From an uncultured Methanosarcinales archaeon (GTDB taxonomy: Archaea > Nanobdellota > Nanobdellia > Woesearchaeales > GCA-2686295), in the NCBI GenBank assembly GCA_964402995.1, contig CAYOEA010000002.1:36558-100557 (forward strand): a DNA stretch of 64,000 nt. The letters run 5' to 3'. A program made the position numbers and the translations under genes. Under the pieces are notes generated by a model. The model worked only from the letters and a program-made list of their open reading frames with translations, was not told the origin of the DNA and did not search any database. Positions 28,540 through 38,179 of the stretch are shown piece after piece (position 1 is the stretch's first letter; each line of letters starts with the position of its first letter).

Positions 28540-29733
28540 TTAATCCTCCTCTACTACAACTCGCAGTTCAGCTATATCAACAGAACTAGTAGGAATTAAT
28601 TCAATAGAATTTGTTCCTGGTTTAATATAATCATCCAATACTTTTTCATATGATAGTTCATCAGTGCTAATATGTTTTCTAACACCATTAATGATATATT
28701 CTAATTTCTTTTCATCATCATTAACAAATCTAACTTCCATAGTTATATTATAGTCTTCATCAAGTTCATTAGTATAATTTCCATCAAAGAAAATATCTTC
28801 ATCAACTTCAAAATAATAAACAGGATAAATCATTTCTTCAAGTCTTGTTGTGACAGAAACTCTATCAATAAGATATGAACCTTCTGAAACAATAAATTCT
28901 AATTCATTTTTATCTACCATAGCTTCGTCTTTATCAAGAGCAATAACCTGATAAACACCACAATCACCAAGACCAGAATAAGCTTCTTCACCATTAAAAT
29001 AAATCTTTAAAGTTCCTGCATCTGCAAGGCTACAATCAGGATCAAATCTGAATTTAATTTCTTCAATATTCCTATATTCTGTTTCTGAAAGATAAAAGAA
29101 TTGTCTGCTTCTACTATTTGTTAAATCTAAAACTTGACCAATAATACTAAGATCAGTTAATTCATAACGATTCGTTCTCCAGAACGCAAAACCAGGACTT
29201 GAAACTCTAAAAGTTAAAAGATTTTCATCATCTAAATAATCTTGCGGCAACATGATAGGGTTTGGTGTGCCCTTAGCGATTTTGCCATTAAATATTTCAT
29301 AACCATTAAGGAAGACTTCAAGATTTCCTAAAGATTCTTTTACATTAAAAGATAAAGCCATATCAGTTGTTAATCTCTTTTTAATTTCAAAAGAAAGATT
29401 AAACTCTTTTGTGCCTGAAAGACCTTTTTGAACATAAATAGATTTAATTGTTTTAATATTAGTGCCAACATTTTCCGCATTTATCCTAAATGAAGGTAAA
29501 TCATGTTCTCGATAATCAAATTTTAAGTAATCTAAACGACCAACACGTTCTTTAAGCAATAATGGATCATAGTCAATATCATCATCATCTGAACCAGAAG
29601 TATAATTTTCTTCACCTAAAAGTAGGGCTCTTTCCTCAGGAGGAAGTAATAAAATATATAGAACCATGATGACTCCAATAAGAATCAATAGAACAGCCGC
29701 ACTACCCGCTGCTTTTCCTTTTTTGTTATACAT
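28540..29733 (-). CDS. type-II (N-in, single TM) membrane-anchored extracellular protein, first gene of the surface operon
   Basis: N-terminal TM AAVLLILIGVIMVLYILLL followed by a ~350-aa extracellular beta-rich region. Only an 8-bp gap separates it from the downstream gene. Confidence 0.5.
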   Translation of the reverse strand: MYNKKGKAAGSAAVLLILIGVIMVLYILLLPPEERALLLGEENYTSGSDDDDIDYDPLLLKERVGRLDYLKFDYREHDLPSFRINAENVGTNIKTIKSIYVQKGLSGTKEFNLSFEIKKRLTTDMALSFNVKESLGNLEVFLNGYEIFNGKIAKGTPNPIMLPQDYLDDENLLTFRVSSPGFAFWRTNRYELTDLSIIGQVLDLTNSRSRQFFYLSETEYRNIEEIKFRFDPDCSLADAGTLKIYFNGEEAYSGLGDCGVYQVIALDKDEAMVDKNELEFIVSEGSYLIDRVSVTTRLEEMIYPVYYFEVDEDIFFDGNYTNELDEDYNITMEVRFVNDDEKKLEYIINGVRKHISTDELSYEKVLDDYIKPGTNSIELIPTSSVDIAELRVVVEED

Positions 29734-29858
29734 GAGTTTAAATACTATAATTACAATATATAAATTTATTGGTTTTGTACGACGCTAAAAAAACATATAA
29801 ACTAAGAACAATAACAAAGTAATATAAAACAAAAATACTTGATAATAACTAATAAAAA

Positions 29859-30905
29859 ATGAAAATAATCAAAAGAGACCCAAAACAAGAGGAGATGCGC
29901 TTAAAAGTTGAGAACTCCGACGATATATGGGTCTTAAGTCAGATAATTGAACCTGAAGATTTGATTAGTGGTAGCACTGAAAGAAAAATTAAAATTGGTG
30001 ATGCAGGAACTGATAGAAATGTCAAAATAGTCAAAAAATGGGTTACACTTACAATAAAAACAGAAAAAACAGAAATTGACGAAAATTATCTTCGAGTTTT
30101 AGGAGTTATAACAGATGGACCTGATGATATTGCAAGAGGCGAACATCATAGCTTCAAATTAGAACCTGAAACTGTTTTTAAAATTAAAAAAACAAAATGG
30201 CTGAATTATCAAATAGAAAAAATAAATGAAGCAACAAAATCAAATAATAAGAAAATCTTAATAATTGTGTTTGATCGTGAAGAAGCATATTTTGCTAAAC
30301 TAAAAGGACAAGGATATCAAATAATGACAGAACTTAAAGGAGATGTTGCAAAAAAAGAATCACAACATGTATCTAAAGAAAATTTCTATAAAGAAATTAT
30401 TAAGACACTTGATGAATATGAAAAAAAAGATCCATTTGATCATATAATTCTAGCAAGTCCTGGATTTTGGAAAGAAGAATTACAAAAAGTCTTACCTGAA
30501 GAATACAAAAAGAAAAGTGTGTTTGCAACCGTATCAGGTGCAAATGAAAGAGCGATAATTGAAACAATAAAACGACCCGAACTTAAAAAAGTATTAGAAG
30601 CAAGCAGGGCAGGAAATGAAATTAAAATTATTGATAAAATTCTACAAGCAATCTCAAAAGAAATAGCCTGTTATGGAATAAAAGAAACAAAAGAACAAAT
30701 TAGGAATGGTGCTGTTGAAGAAATAGCAGTTAGTTATAATTTACTTCAAAAAAGTAGAGATGATGGTAGCTTTAAAGAAATTGAAAATATTATGAAGCAA
30801 TGCGAAGCTAATTCAGGAAAAGTACATGTTATCAGCACAGAAGATGCAAAAAAAGTTTTAGACTCAATTGCAGGAATTGCAGGAATATTAAGATGGAAGA
30901 ACTAA
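29859..30905 (+). CDS. pelA: Pelota/Dom34 mRNA surveillance factor
   Basis: The N-terminus MKIIKRDPKQEEMRLKVENSDDIWVLSQII is typical of Pelota. ~348 aa with an eRF1-like three-domain length. Confidence 0.75.
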   Translation: MKIIKRDPKQEEMRLKVENSDDIWVLSQIIEPEDLISGSTERKIKIGDAGTDRNVKIVKKWVTLTIKTEKTEIDENYLRVLGVITDGPDDIARGEHHSFKLEPETVFKIKKTKWLNYQIEKINEATKSNNKKILIIVFDREEAYFAKLKGQGYQIMTELKGDVAKKESQHVSKENFYKEIIKTLDEYEKKDPFDHIILASPGFWKEELQKVLPEEYKKKSVFATVSGANERAIIETIKRPELKKVLEASRAGNEIKIIDKILQAISKEIACYGIKETKEQIRNGAVEEIAVSYNLLQKSRDDGSFKEIENIMKQCEANSGKVHVISTEDAKKVLDSIAGIAGILRWKN

Positions 30906-31723
30906 TAAAAGACATTGCAGCTAAAAAAGAATTAGCAAGCTTAAGCAAAGAAACAATAAAAGAATTCTTAGAAACATATTTTAAACAAGAACCTAAAATT
31001 CAAAAGAAACTTGAAGATAAAAAATATAATAAGAAAAGTGAAGAATATAAAATTGCACTAAAAGAAGTTAGAAGAAAACTACGAGAAATATATGGTGTAT
31101 TTGTCAAAGATAAAAAAAGAAGAGATAAATTATTACTAAACATAAATAAAGAAAATCAAAAAGAAACAATTCAAGAAATTCTAAAATTACATACTTCAAC
31201 TGAAGAAAGATTAAGACATTATGATGAAGTATATGAACAAATATTTGCTATAACTGGAAAAGTTGATAGGATAATAGATTTAGCATGTGGATTAAACCCT
31301 GTAAGTTATTTTAAATTAGGAATTAAACCTAGTTACTTTGCATCAGATATGTCAAAAGAAGATATGAATTTCTTAGAAGCATTCTTTAGAAAAACTAGCG
31401 TGAATGGAACTGCTGAAAAAATAGATCTTGTTAGTGAAGTTGAAAAAGTAAATGATTTGAAAGGAGATGTTTGCTTTTTGTTTAAAGCATTAGATTCATT
31501 AGAAACAAGAAAAAGAAACATTTCAAGACAAATAATAGAAAGTGTGAATTGTAAGTGGATAGTTGTGAGTTTTCCTAAAACAAGCCTTGGCGGTGGAAAA
31601 ACCATCTCAAAAAACAAAAGAAACTGGTTCTTAAATTACCTAAAATACACTGATTTTGGAGTTACAGAGTTTGAAACTGAGAATGAATTCTTTCTAGTTA
31701 TAGAGAAGAAAACAAAAAAATAG
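30893..31723 (+). CDS. SAM-dependent methyltransferase, ArmA/FmrO-like (putative rRNA methyltransferase)
   Basis: Helical N-terminal region, then motif I IIDLACGLNP (compare DxGCGxNP of 16S m7G1405 methyltransferases). Confidence 0.4.
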   Translation: MEELIKDIAAKKELASLSKETIKEFLETYFKQEPKIQKKLEDKKYNKKSEEYKIALKEVRRKLREIYGVFVKDKKRRDKLLLNINKENQKETIQEILKLHTSTEERLRHYDEVYEQIFAITGKVDRIIDLACGLNPVSYFKLGIKPSYFASDMSKEDMNFLEAFFRKTSVNGTAEKIDLVSEVEKVNDLKGDVCFLFKALDSLETRKRNISRQIIESVNCKWIVVSFPKTSLGGGKTISKNKRNWFLNYLKYTDFGVTEFETENEFFLVIEKKTKK

Positions 31724-31835
31724 CTGTTTTTGTTATTGACTAATTGTAAAAAATAGTAACATATATAAAGTAGTTATACGTTTTCAATATTAAAAAGGGG
31801 TAAAGGTAATCGAACAATGGGTGTAAGATTACTTT

Positions 31836-32657
31836 TTGGAGGTAAAATCAATGATAGTTAAAGAAGAATTCTTAAGCAAATTGAGAAGGTATTTCTCACT
31901 AAACCTGTATGAAGTAAAAGTTTGGACTGCATTATTATCAAGAGGAGTGAGTACAGCAGGAGAATTAAGCGATATTGCAAATGTTCCTAGAAGTAGAAGT
32001 TATGACGTTCTAGAAAGCCTAGAGAAAAAAGGTTTTGTTATAATGAAATTAGGAAAACCAATTAAATACTTAGCTGTTCCACCAAAAGAAGTTGTTGAAA
32101 GAGTGAAAAAGAATGTTAAAACAAAAGCAGATGAACAAGTTGCAAAACTTGAAAATCTAAAAACAACTGAAGTAATAAAGGAACTAAACTCATTACACAC
32201 ACAAGGAGTCGAATTAGTAGAACCAGCAGATTTATCAGGTTCACTTCGAGGAAGACACAACTTATATAATCATTTAGAGCTAACAATTAAGAACGCTGAA
32301 AAAACAGTAACTATGATGACAACTTCAAAAGGGCTAATGAGAAAAGTCGAAGGACTAATGCCAGTCTTTGAAGAAATTAAGAAACGAGGCGTTGAAATTA
32401 GAATTGCAGCACCATTAACAGAAGAATCAATGGATGCAGCAAAAGCACTAAAAGGTATTGCAGAAGTTAGACACACTGACAAAAATGCAAGATTCACAGT
32501 TGTAGACGGTCAAGAAGTAGTATTTATGGTAATGGACGATTCAGAAGTACATCCAACATATGATATTGGAATCTGGATAAACACACCATTCTTCGCAAAA
32601 GCACTAGAAGACCTATTCGACATCGCTTGGAAAGCACTAAAGCCAATTAAGGTTTAA
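31836..32657 (+). CDS. TrmB-family transcriptional regulator (paralog 1)
   Basis: N-terminal wHTH …VKVWTALLSRGVSTAGELSDIANVPRSRSYDVLESLEKKGFVIMKLGKPIKYLAV…, then a coiled-coil linker and a C-terminal domain. This is TrmB architecture. Confidence 0.7.
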   Translation: MEVKSMIVKEEFLSKLRRYFSLNLYEVKVWTALLSRGVSTAGELSDIANVPRSRSYDVLESLEKKGFVIMKLGKPIKYLAVPPKEVVERVKKNVKTKADEQVAKLENLKTTEVIKELNSLHTQGVELVEPADLSGSLRGRHNLYNHLELTIKNAEKTVTMMTTSKGLMRKVEGLMPVFEEIKKRGVEIRIAAPLTEESMDAAKALKGIAEVRHTDKNARFTVVDGQEVVFMVMDDSEVHPTYDIGIWINTPFFAKALEDLFDIAWKALKPIKV

Positions 32658-32743
32658 ATATTTATTTTATTTTTCTTTTTTTATTATTTATTTCTAAAAT
32701 TCTAATAAACTTTATATATACATCAATAGTTAAATAGCTTGAA

Positions 32744-34279
32744 ATGAATGTAGATAATATAATACCAAAGCTGCACAAGCTAGAAAGGAAAACTCTGCCT
32801 GAAATAAAGAACGGTGCAACAGTTGAGGAGTTAACTGAAAAAACCGGCTTAGCACACGTAGAAGTTATGAGAGCTGTACAATGGCTAAATAACAAAAAAT
32901 GTGTTGAAATTAAAGAAGAATCAAAAGAGTTAATATTTCTAGATGAAAATGGAGAGATGTACAAAGAGAAAAGACTCCCAGAAAGACGTTTTATAGAAGC
33001 TACTGCAAAGAAAAGTAAAGTAAGTGAAATAGAAAAATTAGCTGAATTAGAAAAAGGCGAAATAAATATTTGCATAGGATCACTAAAAAAAAAAGCAGCC
33101 ATCGATATTAAGAAAGATGGTGAAATGATGATTACTTTAACAGAAGCAGGTAAAAAATTATTAGGTAAAGAATTCTTTGAAGAGAAGTTTTTGAAAAAAG
33201 AATTTCCTCTTGAATTAAAAGATTTAGAACCTGAAGATAAATTTGCATTTGACAGTTTAATATCAAGAAAACAAATCTTACGAAAAGAACTAAAGAAAAT
33301 CAAAACAATAAGTTTAACTCCAATTGGAAAAGAAGTTGCAAAAAAAGCAAATAATGGAAAAGAATATTCTGAAAGACTAACACCTAAGATGCTCAAAGAT
33401 GGAAGTTGGAAAGGAAAAGAATTTCGAGCTTATGATGTAACAATAAACGTTCCAAAGAAAGAAAGAGGAAAAAGACATTTTGTAAGTCAAGCTATAGACT
33501 ATGCGCGAAGCATCTGGCTAGAAATGGGCTTTAAAGAAATGGAAGGACCAATGATGCAAACATCATTTTGGAACTTCGACGCACTATTCACTGCACAAGA
33601 TCACCCTGTACGGGAAATGCAAGATACATTTTACATTAAAACTCCAGCAAAAGGAAAACTACCAGCAAAAGAAATGGTTGACAAGGTTAAGAAAACACAT
33701 GAGAATGGTTGGACAACAAAAAGTAAAGGCTGGCAATATGACTGGGACGAAGAAGATTCAAAAAAGAACGTTCTAAGAACACATACAACTTGTTTATCAG
33801 CAAGAACATTATCAAATCTAAAAAAAGAAAACCTGCCTGCAAAATTTTTCGCACTAGGAAAATGTTTTAGAAATGAAACATTAGATTGGTCACACTTATT
33901 TGAATTCAATCAAACAGAAGGAATAGTAATAGATAAAAATGCAAACTTCAGACATTTATTAGGATATTTGAAAAGCTTCTTTAAGAAAATGGGCTATGCA
34001 GATGCAAGATTTAGACCTGCATACTTCCCATACACTGAATTTAGTGTAGAAATAGATGTATTGCATCCAGTACATGGAACATGGTTCGAACTTGGTGGTG
34101 CAGGAATCTTTAGACCTGAAGTTGTAAAACCATTAATGGGGATAGATGTACCAGTACTTGCATGGGGACCTGGATTTGATAGAATAATCTTAGAGTTCTT
34201 CAAAATAAATGATATTAGAGACTTATACAAAAATGACCTTAAACAATTAAGGGAAATGAAAGATTGGGTGAGGAAATAA
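32744..34279 (+). CDS. pheS: phenylalanine--tRNA ligase alpha subunit
   Basis: Class II aaRS motifs …FNFDALFTAQDHPVREMQDTFY…, …KFFALGKCFRNE…, …GAGIFRPEV… (motifs 1-3). Confidence 0.9.
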   Translation: MNVDNIIPKLHKLERKTLPEIKNGATVEELTEKTGLAHVEVMRAVQWLNNKKCVEIKEESKELIFLDENGEMYKEKRLPERRFIEATAKKSKVSEIEKLAELEKGEINICIGSLKKKAAIDIKKDGEMMITLTEAGKKLLGKEFFEEKFLKKEFPLELKDLEPEDKFAFDSLISRKQILRKELKKIKTISLTPIGKEVAKKANNGKEYSERLTPKMLKDGSWKGKEFRAYDVTINVPKKERGKRHFVSQAIDYARSIWLEMGFKEMEGPMMQTSFWNFDALFTAQDHPVREMQDTFYIKTPAKGKLPAKEMVDKVKKTHENGWTTKSKGWQYDWDEEDSKKNVLRTHTTCLSARTLSNLKKENLPAKFFALGKCFRNETLDWSHLFEFNQTEGIVIDKNANFRHLLGYLKSFFKKMGYADARFRPAYFPYTEFSVEIDVLHPVHGTWFELGGAGIFRPEVVKPLMGIDVPVLAWGPGFDRIILEFFKINDIRDLYKNDLKQLREMKDWVRK

Positions 34280-34280
34280 G

Positions 34281-35927
34281 ATGCCGACAGTCACACTAAG
34301 TAAAAAAGCTGTAGAAGAGTTAATGGGAACAAGATTACCTCTCGAAGAATTAAAAGATAGAATTAGCATGCTTGGAACAGATCTTGATGGAATAAAAGGA
34401 GATGAAATTCAAGTAGAAATATTTCCAAACAGACCAGATATGTTATCAGAACAAGGATTCGCAAGAGCACTAGCAAGTTTTATAGGAAAGAAAACAGGAC
34501 TTGCAGAATTCAAAGTAAACAAATCAAAATATGAAGTTAAAGTTGAAAAAGCAGTAAGCAAAGTTAGACCTCACACAGTATGTGCAGTAATTAAAAACTT
34601 AAAATTTGATGATGAAAAAATTCGAGAGATAATTCAAATTCAAGAAAAACTACATATTGGAATGGGAAGAAACAGAAAAAAACTTGCAATAGGAATGTAT
34701 CCAATGGAAGCAATAAAATTTCCAATAACATATACTGCAAAAAAACCAAACGATATCAAATTCTTACCATTAGAAGCAAAAAGAGAAATGACTGGAATGC
34801 AGATTCTAAGCGGACATCCAACAGGAAGAGACTATGGACATTTATTAGAAGGATATAACTTATTTCCAATATTTATTGATGATGTAGGAGAAATCATGTC
34901 AATGCCACCAATTATAAATTCTGAAAAAACAGGAAAAATAGGTCTGTCAACAACAGATGTATTTATTGAATGTAGTGGATTTGATCTTAGAGTATTAAAA
35001 CAATGTTTGAATATTCTAGTAACTGTGATGAGCGATATGGGTGGAGACATATATGAAGTAGCAGTAAAATACGAATCAAAAACAGAAATAACTCCTAATC
35101 TAAAACCTGTTGAATGGAATCTTGATTTAGACTATGTAAACAAAATAATTGGAATGAACTTTAGTAAAAAAGAAATTAAAGAACTATTAGAAAGAATGGG
35201 ACATGAATACAAGAACAATAAAGTATTAGTTCCAGCATACAGAACAGACATCTTACACGAAATTGATTTAGCAGAAGACATAGCAATAGCTTATGGATAT
35301 GACAATTTTAAACCAGAAATTCCAAATGTATCAACAATAGGACAAGAAAGTCAAATTGAAATACTAAAAAAGAAAGTTGCGAATATTTTAATTGGAAGTG
35401 GACTGATTGAAACAATCTCGTACCATCTAATAAGTAAAGAGAGTCATAATAACAAAATGAATTATGATTGCAAAGTTGTAGAACTATCTAATAGCTCAAC
35501 AAGTGAATATAATACTATGAGAAGATGGATTGTACCAAGCATCATGCAAATATTATCAAGAAATACAAACAAAGAATATCCTCAAAACATATTTGAAATG
35601 GGTGTTGTATTCAAACCATCAAAAGCTCAAGAAACAGGCGTAGATGAACATGTCAATTTAGGAGTGGGACTTTGCGGACCAGAAATGGACTTTACAGCAA
35701 TAAAACAAATCTTTGATACTATAATGGATGCTTTAGATTTAGAATATGAAACTGAAGAAATAGAACATAGTAGTTTTATTAAAGGAAGAACAGCTGCAAT
35801 AAAAGTAAAAGGAAAAGAAATAGCGATCATGGGTGAAATACACCCTCAAACAACAACTAACTTTGGAATAGAAATGCCAATAGCAGCATTAGAAATGGAT
35901 TTAATAATCATAAAAGAGGTATTATAA
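34281..35927 (+). CDS. pheT: phenylalanine--tRNA ligase beta subunit
   Basis: Immediately downstream of pheS. B3/B4 and B5 domain patterns are present (…RPDMLSEQGFARAL…). 548 aa, typical archaeal PheT. Confidence 0.85.
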   Translation: MPTVTLSKKAVEELMGTRLPLEELKDRISMLGTDLDGIKGDEIQVEIFPNRPDMLSEQGFARALASFIGKKTGLAEFKVNKSKYEVKVEKAVSKVRPHTVCAVIKNLKFDDEKIREIIQIQEKLHIGMGRNRKKLAIGMYPMEAIKFPITYTAKKPNDIKFLPLEAKREMTGMQILSGHPTGRDYGHLLEGYNLFPIFIDDVGEIMSMPPIINSEKTGKIGLSTTDVFIECSGFDLRVLKQCLNILVTVMSDMGGDIYEVAVKYESKTEITPNLKPVEWNLDLDYVNKIIGMNFSKKEIKELLERMGHEYKNNKVLVPAYRTDILHEIDLAEDIAIAYGYDNFKPEIPNVSTIGQESQIEILKKKVANILIGSGLIETISYHLISKESHNNKMNYDCKVVELSNSSTSEYNTMRRWIVPSIMQILSRNTNKEYPQNIFEMGVVFKPSKAQETGVDEHVNLGVGLCGPEMDFTAIKQIFDTIMDALDLEYETEEIEHSSFIKGRTAAIKVKGKEIAIMGEIHPQTTTNFGIEMPIAALEMDLIIIKEVL

Positions 35928-36553
35928 TGAACAGAAAAAAACAAATCGTAGTATTAGGATCAAGTAAAGCAATTTGTACAAAAAAAGCCTATGATATAGC
36001 AGAAAAAGTAGGAGAAGAAATTGCAAAAAATAATTGTGTAACTATAACTGGCGGTGGACTTGGAGTCATGGAAGCAGCATTAAAAGGTGCAAAAAAACAT
36101 GGCGGACAAACAGTAGCTATAATACCTTGGGAAAATATAAACAAAGCAAATGAATATGCAGACATTGTTATTGCAACAGGAATTGGTTGGAGTAGAGATG
36201 CAATTAATCTTAATTCATGCGATGGAGCAATAGTTGTTCATGGAGGGGCAGGAACACTAAACGAAGTAACTTATGGATACATTGCAAAAAAACCAATGGT
36301 TGCAATAGAAACAAGTGGTGGAATTGCAAAACAAATTGCTGGAAAACATTTAGATATAAGAAAAAGCGAAAAAGTAATTAGTGCAAAAACAGCTATAGAA
36401 GCAGTAAAAAAAGTTCTAGCAAAAATAGCAAAGAATGAAGCTGAAGGTTATCATATAACTTCTTTTGATAAAGAATTATTAATGATGGAAGATAAAGAAG
36501 ACTGGGATATAATAATTAAAAAAAAGAAAAAAGAATTGAAAAAACAAGAATAA
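35927..36553 (+). CDS. LOG / TIGR00725-family Rossmann-fold protein
   Basis: …VVLGSSK…ITGGGLGVMEAALKGA…GGAGTLNEV… is the LOG-family PGGxGTxxE motif. Confidence 0.6.
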   Translation: MNRKKQIVVLGSSKAICTKKAYDIAEKVGEEIAKNNCVTITGGGLGVMEAALKGAKKHGGQTVAIIPWENINKANEYADIVIATGIGWSRDAINLNSCDGAIVVHGGAGTLNEVTYGYIAKKPMVAIETSGGIAKQIAGKHLDIRKSEKVISAKTAIEAVKKVLAKIAKNEAEGYHITSFDKELLMMEDKEDWDIIIKKKKKELKKQE

Positions 36554-36566
36554 ATAATTATTCCAA

Positions 36567-36998
36567 TTAATCTTTTTTAACAACAGGTTCTGAGACTTCT
36601 TCTTTTTTCTCAGCAACAGGTTTTTCCGCTTTAACAGATGCAGCCTTAACTTTAGGTTTTGGTTCTGCTTCCTTTTTAGGAGCTGAAGCTTTTCCTTTTA
36701 CAGGTGCTTCTTTTTTACTCTTTTGTTTAACCGGTTTTTCAGATTTTTTGGTTTTAGGCGTTGTTTCAATAATTTCAATTTTTAACTTTTTGAATTCTGA
36801 AACAACTTCTTCATGAGAAGCGCCTTTCTTTATCTTGATTACTTCCTTAGTAGGCTCTAAGTGTTTAACATTACACTTTCTTCGTCTAGTCTGACCGTCA
36901 ATTAAAACTGTAAAACTATCTACAACTTCAACGATTACAGCTTTTAGACCTGAGTCTCTACCAGCTATTTTTACACATATCCTTCCTATTTCAAACAT
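36567..36998 (-). CDS. rpl14e: 50S ribosomal protein L14e with K/P/A-rich C-terminal extension
   Basis: MFEIGRICVKIAGRDSGLKAVIVEVVD… is the L14e KOW-type N-terminus. ~60 aa of KKEAPVKGKASAPKKEAEPKPK tail. Confidence 0.8.
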   Translation of the reverse strand: MFEIGRICVKIAGRDSGLKAVIVEVVDSFTVLIDGQTRRRKCNVKHLEPTKEVIKIKKGASHEEVVSEFKKLKIEIIETTPKTKKSEKPVKQKSKKEAPVKGKASAPKKEAEPKPKVKAASVKAEKPVAEKKEEVSEPVVKKD

Positions 36999-37045
36999 TT
37001 TTAAACCTCTTGATCCTAAGAAACAGTGTCTGTCACCAGTAACAC

Positions 37046-37321
37046 TTAAGATCTTCTAGTTTCTTGAATGATTCGCTTCCTTGCACATGCACTGCATAAA
37101 TATCCGCCATAAGGCCTTTCAGGTCTTTTTTTGGTTTTAGCTGTGTTATGAGCTTCAGAAGATCTCAGTCTAGGTATGCCTTTTAATTCATTACCGCATT
37201 CTGCACATTTGTGCACACTAGGTTTTCTAGCTATTCTGTGCACAACTCTTTTTGCACCTGGAGTAGTTTTGAAAACTTTTCTACGTGAATTTGATTTATC
37301 TTTTCCTTGTGGCATATTCAA
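37046..37321 (-). CDS. rpl34e: 50S ribosomal protein L34e
   Basis: …CAECGNELKGIPRLR…RPYGGYLCSACARK is the L34e C4 zinc ribbon. Confidence 0.8.
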   Translation of the reverse strand: MNMPQGKDKSNSRRKVFKTTPGAKRVVHRIARKPSVHKCAECGNELKGIPRLRSSEAHNTAKTKKRPERPYGGYLCSACARKRIIQETRRS

Positions 37322-37404
37322 AAACCTCTAGTTTTTGTATTTTTTTATGTACAAAACTAATCATTGCACATTTTTAAAAGGAACCCGAATCCATTTATAA
37401 AGTT

Positions 37405-38178
37405 TTAGCTAAGCTTCATAAGCTTTCTAATGCTTAAACTAAAGATTAATGAGAATATAATATAAGTCCAAATCCAATTTAAATTGAAATTAAGACCTAT
37501 TTCTTTAAGTGGTCTAACCTTTTCATTATTGATTATAATATTCTTTAAAAGAGAGTCTTTAACAGGACTCTCAGGTTTTGCATAAGTACTATTTGAAATT
37601 GTAAGTGGAGCTGAAAATTTTCTATTATCAAATATAACTGATAAATCATATTCCCCTGCAGGACCATTTAATTTCCACGTAACTAAACCATCATCTGGAA
37701 TATCTTGAGTAAGATTAGATAAAATACCTGATTCTGGGAAGGTTTCATTTGATAACACATCAATTTCTAATGTGGCTTGACCAAAAGTTCCTTCTTTAAA
37801 TTCTGCACTAACAGAAAAATCTGTATCAGGCATAATAGGTAAGAATGCCATGTGTGCATTTAACCAACCGAAAATAATGATTATAGGTAAAAAAGTATAA
37901 AGAGTAGGTTTGAATGAATGTTTCATATATTGCATATTCTTATCCATAATTTTCTTTTGGATAGGCATAGCCTTAGAAGGATTAGAACTTAGTTTTTTAG
38001 CTTCTTTTTGCAAAGATTTCATCTCAGCCTTAAGAGACTTCATAAGTTTTTGATCAGTTGTGTATTTGTAAACAATAGTTATAACTAAAGTTAAAACAAA
38101 AGCTAAAATAAGAATAGCCCAAAAATGACCTAATTCTAAAAGTGGAGAAAAAATTGGATCTAGTATGCTTTCAAACAT
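37405..38178 (-). CDS. DUF106/EMC3-like (Oxa1-superfamily) membrane protein with C-terminal extension
   Basis: TM1, then a coiled coil KLMKSLKAEMKSLQKEAKK, then two more TMs. It sits immediately downstream of secY, where archaeal DUF106 usually is. There is an extra ~100-aa C-terminal beta-rich segment. Confidence 0.5.
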   Translation of the reverse strand: MFESILDPIFSPLLELGHFWAILILAFVLTLVITIVYKYTTDQKLMKSLKAEMKSLQKEAKKLSSNPSKAMPIQKKIMDKNMQYMKHSFKPTLYTFLPIIIIFGWLNAHMAFLPIMPDTDFSVSAEFKEGTFGQATLEIDVLSNETFPESGILSNLTQDIPDDGLVTWKLNGPAGEYDLSVIFDNRKFSAPLTISNSTYAKPESPVKDSLLKNIIINNEKVRPLKEIGLNFNLNWIWTYIIFSLIFSLSIRKLMKLS

Positions 38179-38179
38179 T

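Noticed and set aside
37405-38178. Considered calling this adenylate kinase (expected after secY)
   Set aside because: No P-loop (GxPGxGKGT) or LID motifs. The architecture is TM - coiled coil - 2 TM, which fits DUF106/EMC3-like instead.
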